Shown: piece by piece, positions 1 through 10,819 of the stretch
Layout of the letters: the number at the start of each line of letters is the position of its first letter
Position numbering within the stretch: the first letter of the stretch is position 1
Origin: Eledone cirrhosa
Lineage: Eukaryota
Assembly (NCBI GenBank): GCA_964016885.1
Contig: OZ024751.1
Location: 23,622,001-23,686,000 of the forward strand
Reading direction: 5' to 3'
DNA length: 64,000 bases
Translations under genes and position numbers: made by a program
Notes under the pieces: model-generated
What the model was told of the DNA's origin: nothing
What the model saw: the letters and a program-made list of their open reading frames with translations, nothing else
The model's database searches: none

Positions 1-480
1 CTACTGATTACACGAACAAAGTAAATAGCAACATCTCTTCTCGTGTAGTGAGCAAGGAGGTGAGGGACATGAGTCATATTCGTTTTAAATTCTAAATATC
101 AGTGATATAATTCATGGAAAAAACCCTGCATTTCAATATTAGTCAATGTAAAATGTACTGCAGAAAATATTGGAAAACATTATTTGTGATAATATATCAA
201 ATCTAAAATTACATTACATCTTATTCTTATCTTGTGTCGTGTAATTTTTTGTATAGACGTCATATCTTCTCATATTGTTTAAATTTCATAAATCGAATTT
301 CATAAATCGAACTGAAAATATTTGCAGCAGGGGTTTTCAGCGGGGGTTTATGCCATCGCGGAACCCTTTGATTAAAATGAAATATACTTATCCAAGTACC
401 CTGGGCGATATAGTTTCAGAATTTATATGGTTATATAACCATAGGAGTAGTCCGTGAACAAACAGACAGACAGGAATACA

Positions 481-527
<47 letters not shown>

Positions 528-634
528 CTTTCTCTCTGTATAACATTTTTTCACTGCCAGCTTAACCTCTTCAAATGCAAGTCGGTGTTATAACGGTATG
601 TCGAATCTATTTATCTATAAAACTGTTTATATTG

Positions 635-700
635 TATTTTGTCTGAGGAAGGCATAGCATATTGTTAATATGATATCCCCGAAATATATATAATGAAATA
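635..700 (+). ncRNA. Candidate minimal type-I hammerhead ribozyme in a Penelope pseudo-LTR fragment
   Basis: CTGAGGA at 643-649, hairpin with catatt/aatatg core, GAAA at 681-684, then TATATA. It is followed by the same AATAAA tail as the motif at 13125. Stem I is weak. Confidence 0.5.
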
Positions 701-737
701 AATATGGTTTTATAAATATAGTTTCCATTTATTTAAT

Positions 738-796
<59 letters not shown>

Positions 797-801
<5 letters not shown>

Positions 802-989
802 AACCAGTAAGACCCCGACAGCTGAGTTCAAGCCGTTTCGACGGCTAATTCTGGACTAGAATTAGCCGTCGAAACGGCTTGAGCTCAGCTATCGGGGTCT
901 TACTGGTTCCTATTACCCACTCTACTACCTCAAGTATTGAGTACTTTGGTGCGTTATGGTCCACCTGGTTCCTTACCACATTTCCTTCG

Positions 990-990
<1 letters not shown>
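797..990. mobile_element. Penelope-type pseudo-LTR fragment with a 117-bp hairpin (797-913)
   Basis: Arms ataggaaccagtaagaccccga... and ...tcggggtcttactggttcctat. The tail motif aagtat(c/t)gagta(c/a)t(c/t)tggtg recurs near 2997, 13765, 31494, 42478 and 59554. Embedded in (TA)n. Confidence 0.5.
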
Positions 991-1950
<960 letters not shown>

Positions 1951-2475
1951 AAACAAGGTTTAGCAAACAAGAAAAAATTTTTAAATAAATTTTAAAAATT
2001 TACTGTACCTGCTTTAGTTACCCTTACCGTACGGTTTCAAGTCTCAAAAATAAATGGAGTGTCCTTACGGACCTCCATTGAACAGAAAGACTCGTCAGAA
2101 GGTTCTTTTCACTCGGAGACTATAAAATTCCCGAGTTCAAATTACGAACTGGCGCTATTCTAAATTGTTCCAGATATGAGAGTGAATGATATAGAAGAAA
2201 TTCTGTCCAGTGTCGTGTGCAAATATAGAAGGCAGAGGCGGAAAGGTCAATCCACGGCCATTAGAAATAGCAGTAGTCAAAACGACCAACATGTTATCTC
2301 GACAAGGGGAGATTAATAATAATAAAGTATATATCCCTACATGCAAATACATATAGGGACACATGCATTATCCAACCATATGCCAATGTGGTTCTATGGA
2401 AGGTTAATAAATTAACGAGCCAGAACATATATAATCAAGGTTTAACAAACAAGAAAAAGTTTTTAAATAAATTTT

Positions 2476-2480
<5 letters not shown>
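1951..2480 (-). mobile_element. About 530-bp non-coding element with ~50-bp direct terminal repeats and a hammerhead motif (pLTR/retrozyme-like)
   Basis: Both ends read caaggttta(g/a)caaacaagaaaaa..ttt(t)aaataaattttaaaa. Further copies at 29022-29550 (opposite orientation), 29645-30175 and 30400-30930; partial copies at 15050-15243 and 43666-43860. Confidence 0.65.
2021..2102 (-). ncRNA. Candidate type-I hammerhead ribozyme
   Basis: Minus strand reads CCTT-CTGACGA-[GTCT..AATGGAG GTCC GTAA GGAC A CTCCATT..AGAC]-TT-GAAA-CCGTACGG-TA-AGGG. Palindromic stem III, GUA cleavage triplet, 2-nt insertion before GAAA. Confidence 0.6.
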
Positions 2481-2525
<45 letters not shown>

Positions 2526-2636
2526 TATAAATGTATATATATATATGTATATATATGTATATATATATATTAAGTTTTAAAATAAATTTTAAAATATATA
2601 TATATATATATATTAATGTATATATATATATGTATA

Positions 2637-2754
<118 letters not shown>

Positions 2755-2854
2755 AAAATAAATTTTAAAACTTAATATATATATATATATACATATATAT
2801 ACATATATATATGTATATATATATATGTATATATATGTATATATATATATATAA

Positions 2855-2885
<31 letters not shown>

Positions 2886-3289
2886 CATATATATATACAC
2901 ATTGAACAGCTAGGTCTTAACAGACCTAACTGTCCCAACGGCCGGAGCTTAGCCGCCGGGGTTCTGATACTTTTGCTATTATCCACTCACTACGCTAAGT
3001 ATCGAGTACTCTGGTGCTTTATTTGTCCACTCGGTTCCTTAGCACAATTCCTTCGTTCTATATACATTATATATGTTTTTTGAAATATTCACTTCTGCGT
3101 TCACAGATTGACTTTGTTAGTTTCAGAAGAACCGGTTAAGGGTGAAAGCAGCGATTCTTTGCTTAAACTTTAATCTGTTATTTTAATAAATATTTGCTCT
3201 ACGGTTCTTATATATTTGATATATATTTATCCTTATCGAGCCCTCTTTGGATTTTAGTCTTCAAATTTATTATTATTACTCTATGTATG

Positions 3290-3349
<60 letters not shown>

Positions 3350-3356
3350 ACATACA

Positions 3357-3402
<46 letters not shown>

Positions 3403-3403
<1 letters not shown>

Positions 3404-3599
3404 TAGGGTCGGCTGAAAGAGTTCATAAGCTGACAAAGGTACACTCTTGGAATGGTCAATTGTGGTATATTTTTCAATATCTTTCCTGAAAAGAAACAAT
3501 GCAGTTATCTATAAAAAGAGCTGAAATCAACGCATCCGAGATTTGACAAACCTAGCATCAGCCTTTCACACAGCCTATGAACTTTTCCGACGACCCTTG
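3403..3599. mobile_element. Tc1/mariner-type MITE (copy at 31886-32082)
   Basis: Imperfect ~25-bp TIRs (ctagggtcggctgaaagagttcata / tatgaacttttccgacgacccttg) flanked by TA on both sides. Confidence 0.65.
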
Positions 3600-3787
3600 T
3601 AAGTTCTTCTGACGGAAATTGGTAGACTGAATAGAGCAGATTTCTTCCAGAGAAAGATAGAGAGAGAGAGAAGAAGTGTGAAAGAGATATAGAGGAAGAA
3701 CCTACCCTAGTACTAGGTCACGTTGGATAATATAATCCTACGTTTAACTAATAGCTTTTGCACTATTTAGACTAACGATGAGTTTAA

Positions 3788-3889
3788 CACCATCACCATC
3801 ACCATCACCATCATCATCATCATCATCATCACCATCATTATCATCATCGTCTTCATCATCATTATCATTATCCTCATCATCACCATCAC

Positions 3890-3925
<36 letters not shown>

Positions 3926-3977
3926 GATTATCATCATCGTCTTCATCATCATCATCACCATCATTATCATCATCGTC

Positions 3978-4028
<51 letters not shown>

Positions 4029-4058
4029 GCTATCATCATCATCATCATCATCATCATC
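3788..4058. repeat. (CAT)n trinucleotide tract (paralogs 16121-16188, 32270-32607, 44698-44770)
   Basis: Direct reading; source of the poly-Met/Ile/Ser ORFs. Confidence 0.95.
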
Positions 4059-4894
4059 GAGAATAACAACAACCTAATCATTATCCTTGTAGTCAAAACA
4101 AAGCTAAAAAAAGAAAGCAACAAATCTGTACAAAGGAACTATGGAAAGAAGTCTCTAGAAAAAACGATACCAAGCGACAAATTGATACGAAGATCGATTT
4201 ATTGAATAAGGAAGCGATTAAGATATGAAACATCCGGGTTGTTAGAAAACGTATGAGATGAGAGAAAATATATTTAAGTAGCGTTTATTGTTGTTGACCA
4301 CAGATGGTAAGAGTGGTGCTTGTTGGTTTGGGTGGTAATTGTAAATATAAAAATAAATATAAATATATATATACACATACATATCCATACAAACACTGAC
4401 ACACACACTCAAACGCACACGCACACGCACACACAGACCGACACACACACGCACGCACACACGGACCGACACACACACACACAAATATATATACACGTGT
4501 GTGTAAATAATAGTACAGTTACGAAAGTTGTTAGGTATTATGTTCACGCTTGTGTTTATGTGTGTGTGTGCCTGTGAGTGTGTGTGTGTTTGTGTATTTG
4601 TGCATGTGAGTGTGTGTGTGTGTGCGTACGTGTATGTAAGAATGTATACATATATATTTATATAGATATGTATATAAATATATATGTATACATGTTTACA
4701 TAACACGTAGTTACACATATACACACGCACAAACACACACTCACACTCTCTCTCTCTGTCTCTCTCTCTATCTTACACACACACACACACATACACACAT
4801 ATATATATATAGTTTAGAATTGGTGTTCGAAAAGTTCTTCGAAATGCTTTTAATTAAGCATACAGTGTATTGCAAAATACACTGTATATACATT

Positions 4895-4988
<94 letters not shown>

Positions 4989-5071
4989 GGAGGTGAGTTT
5001 TATTGTAGTACAATAAAGCAATGCAGATATCGGATAAGAAGCACTCTACAGTTTGTGGGACTGGAGTATGC

Positions 5072-5407
5072 ATAATATAAGATCAAAAGATGGTTAAAGG
5101 AGTTCCATATATTTTATTATGCGCATTTCAAAAACAAACATCATCAAGCAATAATATTTGTGTTTTCATCAGATAAAACAGGAGAACATGATATGAAGGC
5201 TAAAAAATACTTGTGGATAGTGCAGCTTTAAATCAACATATGTTGATTTAAAGCTGCACTATCCACAAGTGTTTTTTAGCCTTCATATCATGTTCTCCTG
5301 TTTTATCTGATGAAAACACAAATATTATTGCTTGATGATGTTTGTTTTTGAAATGCGCATAATAAAATATATGGAACTCCTTTAACCATATTTTGATCTT
5401 ATATTAT
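5072..5407. repeat. 336-bp spacerless palindrome (inverted Penelope-type pLTR pair)
   Basis: 168-bp arms centred on caacat|atgttg (5239/5240), with 2 mismatches seen. Copies at 17203-17538 and 33612-33947. Confidence 0.93.
5300..5368 (+). ncRNA. Type-I hammerhead ribozyme in the palindrome right arm (mirror copy on minus strand 5111-5179)
   Basis: TTTTAT-CTGATGA-(long G-U-rich stem II aaacacaaatattattg/tgatgatgtttgttttt)-GAAA-TGCGCA-TA^ATAAAA. All three stems pair; predicted cleavage after 5361. Confidence 0.72.
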
Positions 5408-6176
5408 ATATATATATATATATATATGGATGACTGAAGGCTGACGTGCTTACTTCTAAAATGTCTCCCGTGTCTTTCTCTTCTCGCTCTCATCTATCCT
5501 TTTTTATAACTTTATATCTTCTTTTATTTCTTCTAGCCGAACCTCTTCCTTACTCATAACTAACAAGGTTGTGTTGGCTACCCACAGGAGCGAGTCTCAC
5601 GAATTGGAATGGCTATTCCAACAGGTCTCCCTCACCATGCTCTAGAGCAGCGTTTCCTCCATTCTGTTCGCTGGGACCATCAGACAGATATACATAATTG
5701 ATATTTATCAGAAATTGTGTGAAAGGACCTACAACACTCATCTAAGTTTATATCAAAATTGAATACCTTTAAGTGATTGTGTGAACGCTCATTGAATAAA
5801 AAATACAACAATTCAACACACCTTAACATTAGTTTTCACTTAACATTTGTGTTTCCGTATGTAATTACCTTTGAGAGAACAAGAACAGTAACGCCGCCGC
5901 CATCTTAACATAGTATTTCTTTGATTTGAAAGTTAATAGTCCGCTGGGTTTTGTGGATGTAAATCCCGCTGTAATAAGGTAAGATGTAAGCCTTTGGTGT
6001 TTCATATAATATATTAACATTGTATAATATGTTAGCCATAAAAGAATGTTAAATTTCAATATATGCTTTTAACAGACAATTACATCGCTCCAAATGTATC
6101 CAGAATAGCACACACACACACATACACACACAGACACATACATACACATACACACACGCAGTTACACACATAGACA

Positions 6177-6263
<87 letters not shown>

Positions 6264-6833
6264 CACATATATATATATGGAACGTTTTGCTGTCTAACTT
6301 ACACAGAAGGCGCAGCAGACACTTTAGGAGAAGCTTATAACCAATTTGTTGAAACCCAGGGCTGAAATACCAGCTATTTTCTTGAAACAGGAAAAATGAA
6401 AAATGAATTTGCTGCTAGTTCTTCACTAGTGTACTTATCTTATTCTTCCTGGACTGATGAATGGTGAAGATGGCATCAGTTTCGAACTGAACTCATTGTA
6501 CGAAGAAACCAAACGATTTATCCACTAGGTGTGATGTCTTCTTTCAGAGCACGACACTCTGTTAACGCTGGGGTATCCTACACTTTAGGGATTTAACTTT
6601 ATCATTTGCAGTGACAATGTTATCCGAGTCGAAGAAGAAAACCTTCCATCTCATACATTTGACGACATCCGGACCCTTATCCAGTAACATCGAATGATCA
6701 TTGTTTTTCGCGGATATGGTAAGTTTCTTTATTGAGTTAGTCATTTTGTATTGTTCCATGTTGATATGAGGTAATTATAAAAAAGTAATTATGAAAAGTG
6801 AAAAATTATTATATATTACAAATCTATAAACAA

Positions 6834-7020
6834 TGGATTGGTAGTATCGGTAGGGGGTCGGACATCATGCTTTGACGCATAGAGTTACGGCCCTTTCCAT
6901 TCTGAGTTCAAATCCCTCCGAGGTCAACTTTGCCTTTCATCCTTACGGCGTCGATGAAATAAAGTACCAGTAATGTATTGTGTAATTGCTGGCCTTAAGC
7001 CAAAAGTAGAAACAATTATT
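6834..7020 (+). mobile_element. Octopus-type tRNA-derived SINE (copies near 14300, 18949, 35365, 43002, 49174(-), 61969(-), 62168(-), 63012, 63205, 63400, 63866(-))
   Basis: A-box-like tgg(c/t)agtatcgg, B-box gagttcaaat, core actttgcctttcatccttacgg..tcgat.aaataaagtaccag and tail gctggccttgtgcc...tagaaacaattatt, repeated more than 10 times. Confidence 0.8.
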
Positions 7021-7630
7021 TATATATTTATTTATTTATATATATTTATAAATTAATTAATTTATTTATTTATTAATCTTATCCTTTTCCAAATTATATT
7101 AAGAATGTAAAATTACAAATCTATAAACAATATGTATATTTTATATTATTTCTATATTTATTTATTTATATATATTTATAAATAAATAATTAAATTAATT
7201 AAGTTAGTTATTTATTTATTTATTAATCCTTTTCCAAATTGTATTAAGAATGTCCAAGTATGGAGATGAATTTATTTAGTAGTGGATTAAAGTATGTATC
7301 TAATTTATGAACACTATTACTAGCTAGTTATTGTGTGTTATATTTATTCAGAAATGAAATAATGAAATGGAAGATATTTTAAGAATAAGATGATATAGGA
7401 AGGTACATAATGTATTTATTTAATCTATTTTATGGGAATAATGTATAAATAAAGTATAAGATCTGTAGTAGAGAAAAGAAGTTACAAGGAGTGTATTAAT
7501 ATATTAAGGTTTTCGTAATAGTTTTATTATCAAGTGGGAAAAGAGGATATAGGATAGAAATATATATGTGTATGAGAGTATTGAAGTTTGCTTGAAGCAT
7601 TGTGGAATAATAAGGTAAAATTGTGGAATA

Positions 7631-8794
7631 ATAAGGTAAATTTCTTTAAGTCGTTTGGAAGCCTCGACAATGCAGATGGGTAAATCTCCGAAATAACAAG
7701 ATCCGGTGGTGGAGAGAGATGTAAGTGGGTGTACGTTGAAATGCTTGGCGTGTATAAGACGTGTAGAGAAATGAAGGAAAGAGCGTAATCAACTGACGCG
7801 TGCTCTCTCAGAAACTGCCCGATGCACCATGGGAAATGTTGCCTACGCACATACGTCGTGTATAAGATAGAATGTAACAAGTGCAACCAATACTATATAG
7901 GTAGCACAATCCGGCCGTTGCAGATCCGGATCAAGGAACACACCAAAACAAGGGCCTCGTCTTTCCGGAAACACATAGCCAAATGCGGAAACAAAGACGG
8001 AAAAACCATTGTCACAATTCTAGCGACAGAAAGAAACGTCGGCACGTTACGTATCAAGGAAGCACTTTGGATCAAACGCCTAGGGCCACAATTAAACAGC
8101 CGATCCGAGAGAAGCGAAATGAGGTGGTTGGTTTAAGTTAACAAACGATGCAGCAATACACGCACACACACAAGCGAGACAGCAACACACGCACACACAC
8201 ACACAGTAGCATTCCACCACACGAACACACTACACTGCCAATACAGAGGAACAAGGCAACAACACACGCACACACACGAACACACTCAAGCGAGACAACA
8301 ACACACACACACACACACATAGTAACATTCACCAAACGGGCAGAGAATGGACTGACAGCTAGCGCCACCCCACTACCACAATTGAAAGAACAACTTCGGC
8401 CGCTGACCTCTGCCTGACCGACCCCATTTCAAGCGCACGCACGCTCTGCTGAATACCTCAGATATTCAAAACAACGAACAGCGGAGGACACATTCCGCAG
8501 CTTTCCGACAGACAACCTTTCCTCTACCCCCCCGGAAAAACCCCCAGTCGATGGATGTGAATCCGAAATATATAGGGACGATTAAATCTCTCCCAATGTA
8601 ATTCTCTCTCGTGTTGTTATTTTTATCTTTATCCTTTACGCTCTTTCCTTCATTCCTCTACACGTCTTATACACGTCACGCATTTCAACGTACACCGACT
8701 TACATCTCTCTCTCCACCAACGGATCTTGTTACCCGGAGATTTACCCATCTGCATTGTCGAGGCTTCCAAACGACTTAAAGAAATTTACCTTAT
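7631..8794 (+). mobile_element. 5'-truncated Penelope-like element (GIY-YIG endonuclease remnant) with ~160-bp inverted terminal pLTR segments
   Basis: ORF 7822-8136 contains VVYKIECNKCNQYYIGST.RPL..RIKEH. 7631-7788 is the reverse complement of 8636-8794. Carries a 126-bp deletion relative to the other two copies. Confidence 0.85.
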
Positions 8795-9048
8795 ATATGT
8801 GTAGTGTCTGAAAGCTGGTCACCATTAACATAGAATATGGTTTAGAAGGTTTGATTTAGATTGTATTTTCTAACAAGTCTCTCTTCGATTTCAGGTAGAC
8901 GATTCTTCTGGTTACTATAAAACCTTGTATATCTGTAACAGCGACTCATTTCTTCAATAAGAACCTAAGAACTTGAAAACTACTATTTCCTGCCGATATT
9001 GTTACTGCTGTCACAAGTAATTTACTGAATCACATACATTTACGTGGA

Positions 9049-9216
<168 letters not shown>

Positions 9217-9493
9217 TATATTCATATATAATGAAACAACTTCCTAAATGATAAAAAAGATGGACTATTTAATATGTTATTATATAATCCTCGTATATGT
9301 TAACAATCAGTTCTTATAACTTTTACTTGCGCCTATAACAGTGACCTAACACTTACTAAATGAAACACCTAAAACTTTGACAAATTAATATTTATATTTA
9401 TTAGAGAAAGTTAATATTTAATGGAGTGAATTTATATGTATCAGAGAAACATTAATACAAAAACTAAAATTGGCTCGTTTACAAATAGGAAAG

Positions 9494-10699
9494 ATGAAGA
9501 TGTTGATAAACTATTTTGTTTTAATCCTGACAGCAACTCTATCGCTAGTAAATCTCAGTCCTACGCGGGAAGATGAAATTCTACTACATACTAACTTGTT
9601 ATCCACTTATAACAAACAAATAAGGCCTGTTTCGAATTTGAATAAATCAGTCGATATAGAGGTTTGGTTATTCCTTAAGACGCTCTATAATTTCGATTTT
9701 GTAAATAACATATTAATTGCACAATACTTCATTATCTTCTACTGGGAAGATGAAATGCTGAGATGGAATCCAGAAGATTACCATAACCTCACACGTACAT
9801 ACTTACCGAAAGCTAAGGTATGGACACCAGGTGTCATAATGTGTAATTCAATGAAGGAATCAGACGATAAAGATAGTTTTCCCGAGGTAATAGTTTATAA
9901 TGAAGGGTGGATAGAAATGCGGGCACTAAAATCAGTAGAGACATATTGTGAAGTAGATGCTTACACCTACCCATTTGATAAACAGGAGTGCCCAATCTGC
10001 ATATCTGTCACTGTGCACGAACCTCAGCATACCAAATTTGTATCAATTAATTGCGGGGTTAATGAATTTGAAAATAACCACCAATGGGGTATCAGCATGG
10101 ATGGTCAAGTAGACCCAAAGAACGACATATACAGCTCCGTAACAGCTACGATGTTCTTACAACGTAAACTCACAGTAGGTATTTTGGCTATGCTAATTCC
10201 AACTGTAATGATGACACTTTTAACTATCTTTGTGTTTCTCCTGCCCCCTGAATCAGGAGAGAAAGTCTCTTTAGCAACAACGATATTTTTATCAAATGTC
10301 TTATACCTCGTTCAAATAGATAAAACGACGCCTAAAAACTCAAAATATCCTTCACTTCTGATGTTGTATTTAATGTTGTTATCAATGTGCAGTGGAGTCG
10401 CCACACTTGGTTCAGTGGTTCTCAGTAAATTGTATGTAAACCAATCGGCTAAGGAAAAGAATTCATCGGCTTTAGATCAAAATAATACCAAACCTCAGGG
10501 TAACAAAATTGCTGATGTTTCACTAATTTCCACAGCACAAGCTTATCCTGCCATGACACAGGAAAGGTCAAAGTTAAAACGATGGTTCTACATCTCTGAC
10601 TACGTACGACTTGACAACATTTTTCTAAAACTTAGCGTCGTAACATCAATAATAATTGCAATATTATTTGTAACTTTGTTGTTTACAGCTCCGGATTAA
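9494..10699 (+). CDS. Chemotactile receptor (CR)-like divergent nicotinic-type Cys-loop ion channel subunit, copy 1 (intronless CDS, 401 aa)
   Basis: Uninterrupted ORF. The ORF-track start at 9470 is TTG and the first ATG is at 9494. Hydrophobic signal peptide; nAChR-like motifs YNKQIRP, W.D..LRWNP and VWTP; Cys-loop C160-x13-C174 with YPFD; M1-M2 linker LPPESGEKVSL; four TM segments; short M3-M4 loop. No loop-C CC, no loop-B Trp, loop-A Tyr replaced by Cys. Intronless tandem organisation matches cephalopod CRs. Confidence 0.92.
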   Translation: MKMLINYFVLILTATLSLVNLSPTREDEILLHTNLLSTYNKQIRPVSNLNKSVDIEVWLFLKTLYNFDFVNNILIAQYFIIFYWEDEMLRWNPEDYHNLTRTYLPKAKVWTPGVIMCNSMKESDDKDSFPEVIVYNEGWIEMRALKSVETYCEVDAYTYPFDKQECPICISVTVHEPQHTKFVSINCGVNEFENNHQWGISMDGQVDPKNDIYSSVTATMFLQRKLTVGILAMLIPTVMMTLLTIFVFLLPPESGEKVSLATTIFLSNVLYLVQIDKTTPKNSKYPSLLMLYLMLLSMCSGVATLGSVVLSKLYVNQSAKEKNSSALDQNNTKPQGNKIADVSLISTAQAYPAMTQERSKLKRWFYISDYVRLDNIFLKLSVVTSIIIAILFVTLLFTAPD

Positions 10700-10819
10700 G
10701 CAATTCTAAAATATTGAAAAATAAACTAAACGTACATTCATAAATACATCGCTATTTCAGAGCACCAATAAGTGTGTATTTATATATATAATGTAGTAGT
10801 AGTGCACTCAGTCCATGGG

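Noticed and set aside
2155-2364. Repeated 60-70 aa ORFs (MCPYMYLHV.., MKFNILLWL.., MEQYKMTNS..)
   Set aside because: They recur only because the DNA is duplicated; no recognisable domain, and frames are not preserved in diverged copies.
3118-3165. Hammerhead-like CAGAAGA-ACC(G/C)gttaaGGGT-GAAA (also 15631, 31621, 44248) and CAGTCGA..GGATgtgaATCC-GAAA at about 8544
   Set aside because: The core U4 is replaced by A and stems I/III are poor; probably degenerate, so not called as ribozymes.
9470-9493. ORF-track N-terminus MARLQIGK of the receptors
   Set aside because: It begins at TTG, a prokaryotic-style start. The eukaryotic start is most likely ATG 9494 (or 9500), directly before the signal peptide; likewise for copies 2 and 3.
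9494-10699. Annotation as a canonical nicotinic receptor alpha subunit
   Set aside because: No vicinal loop-C cysteines, no loop-B Trp or loop-A Tyr, intronless, short M3-M4 loop.
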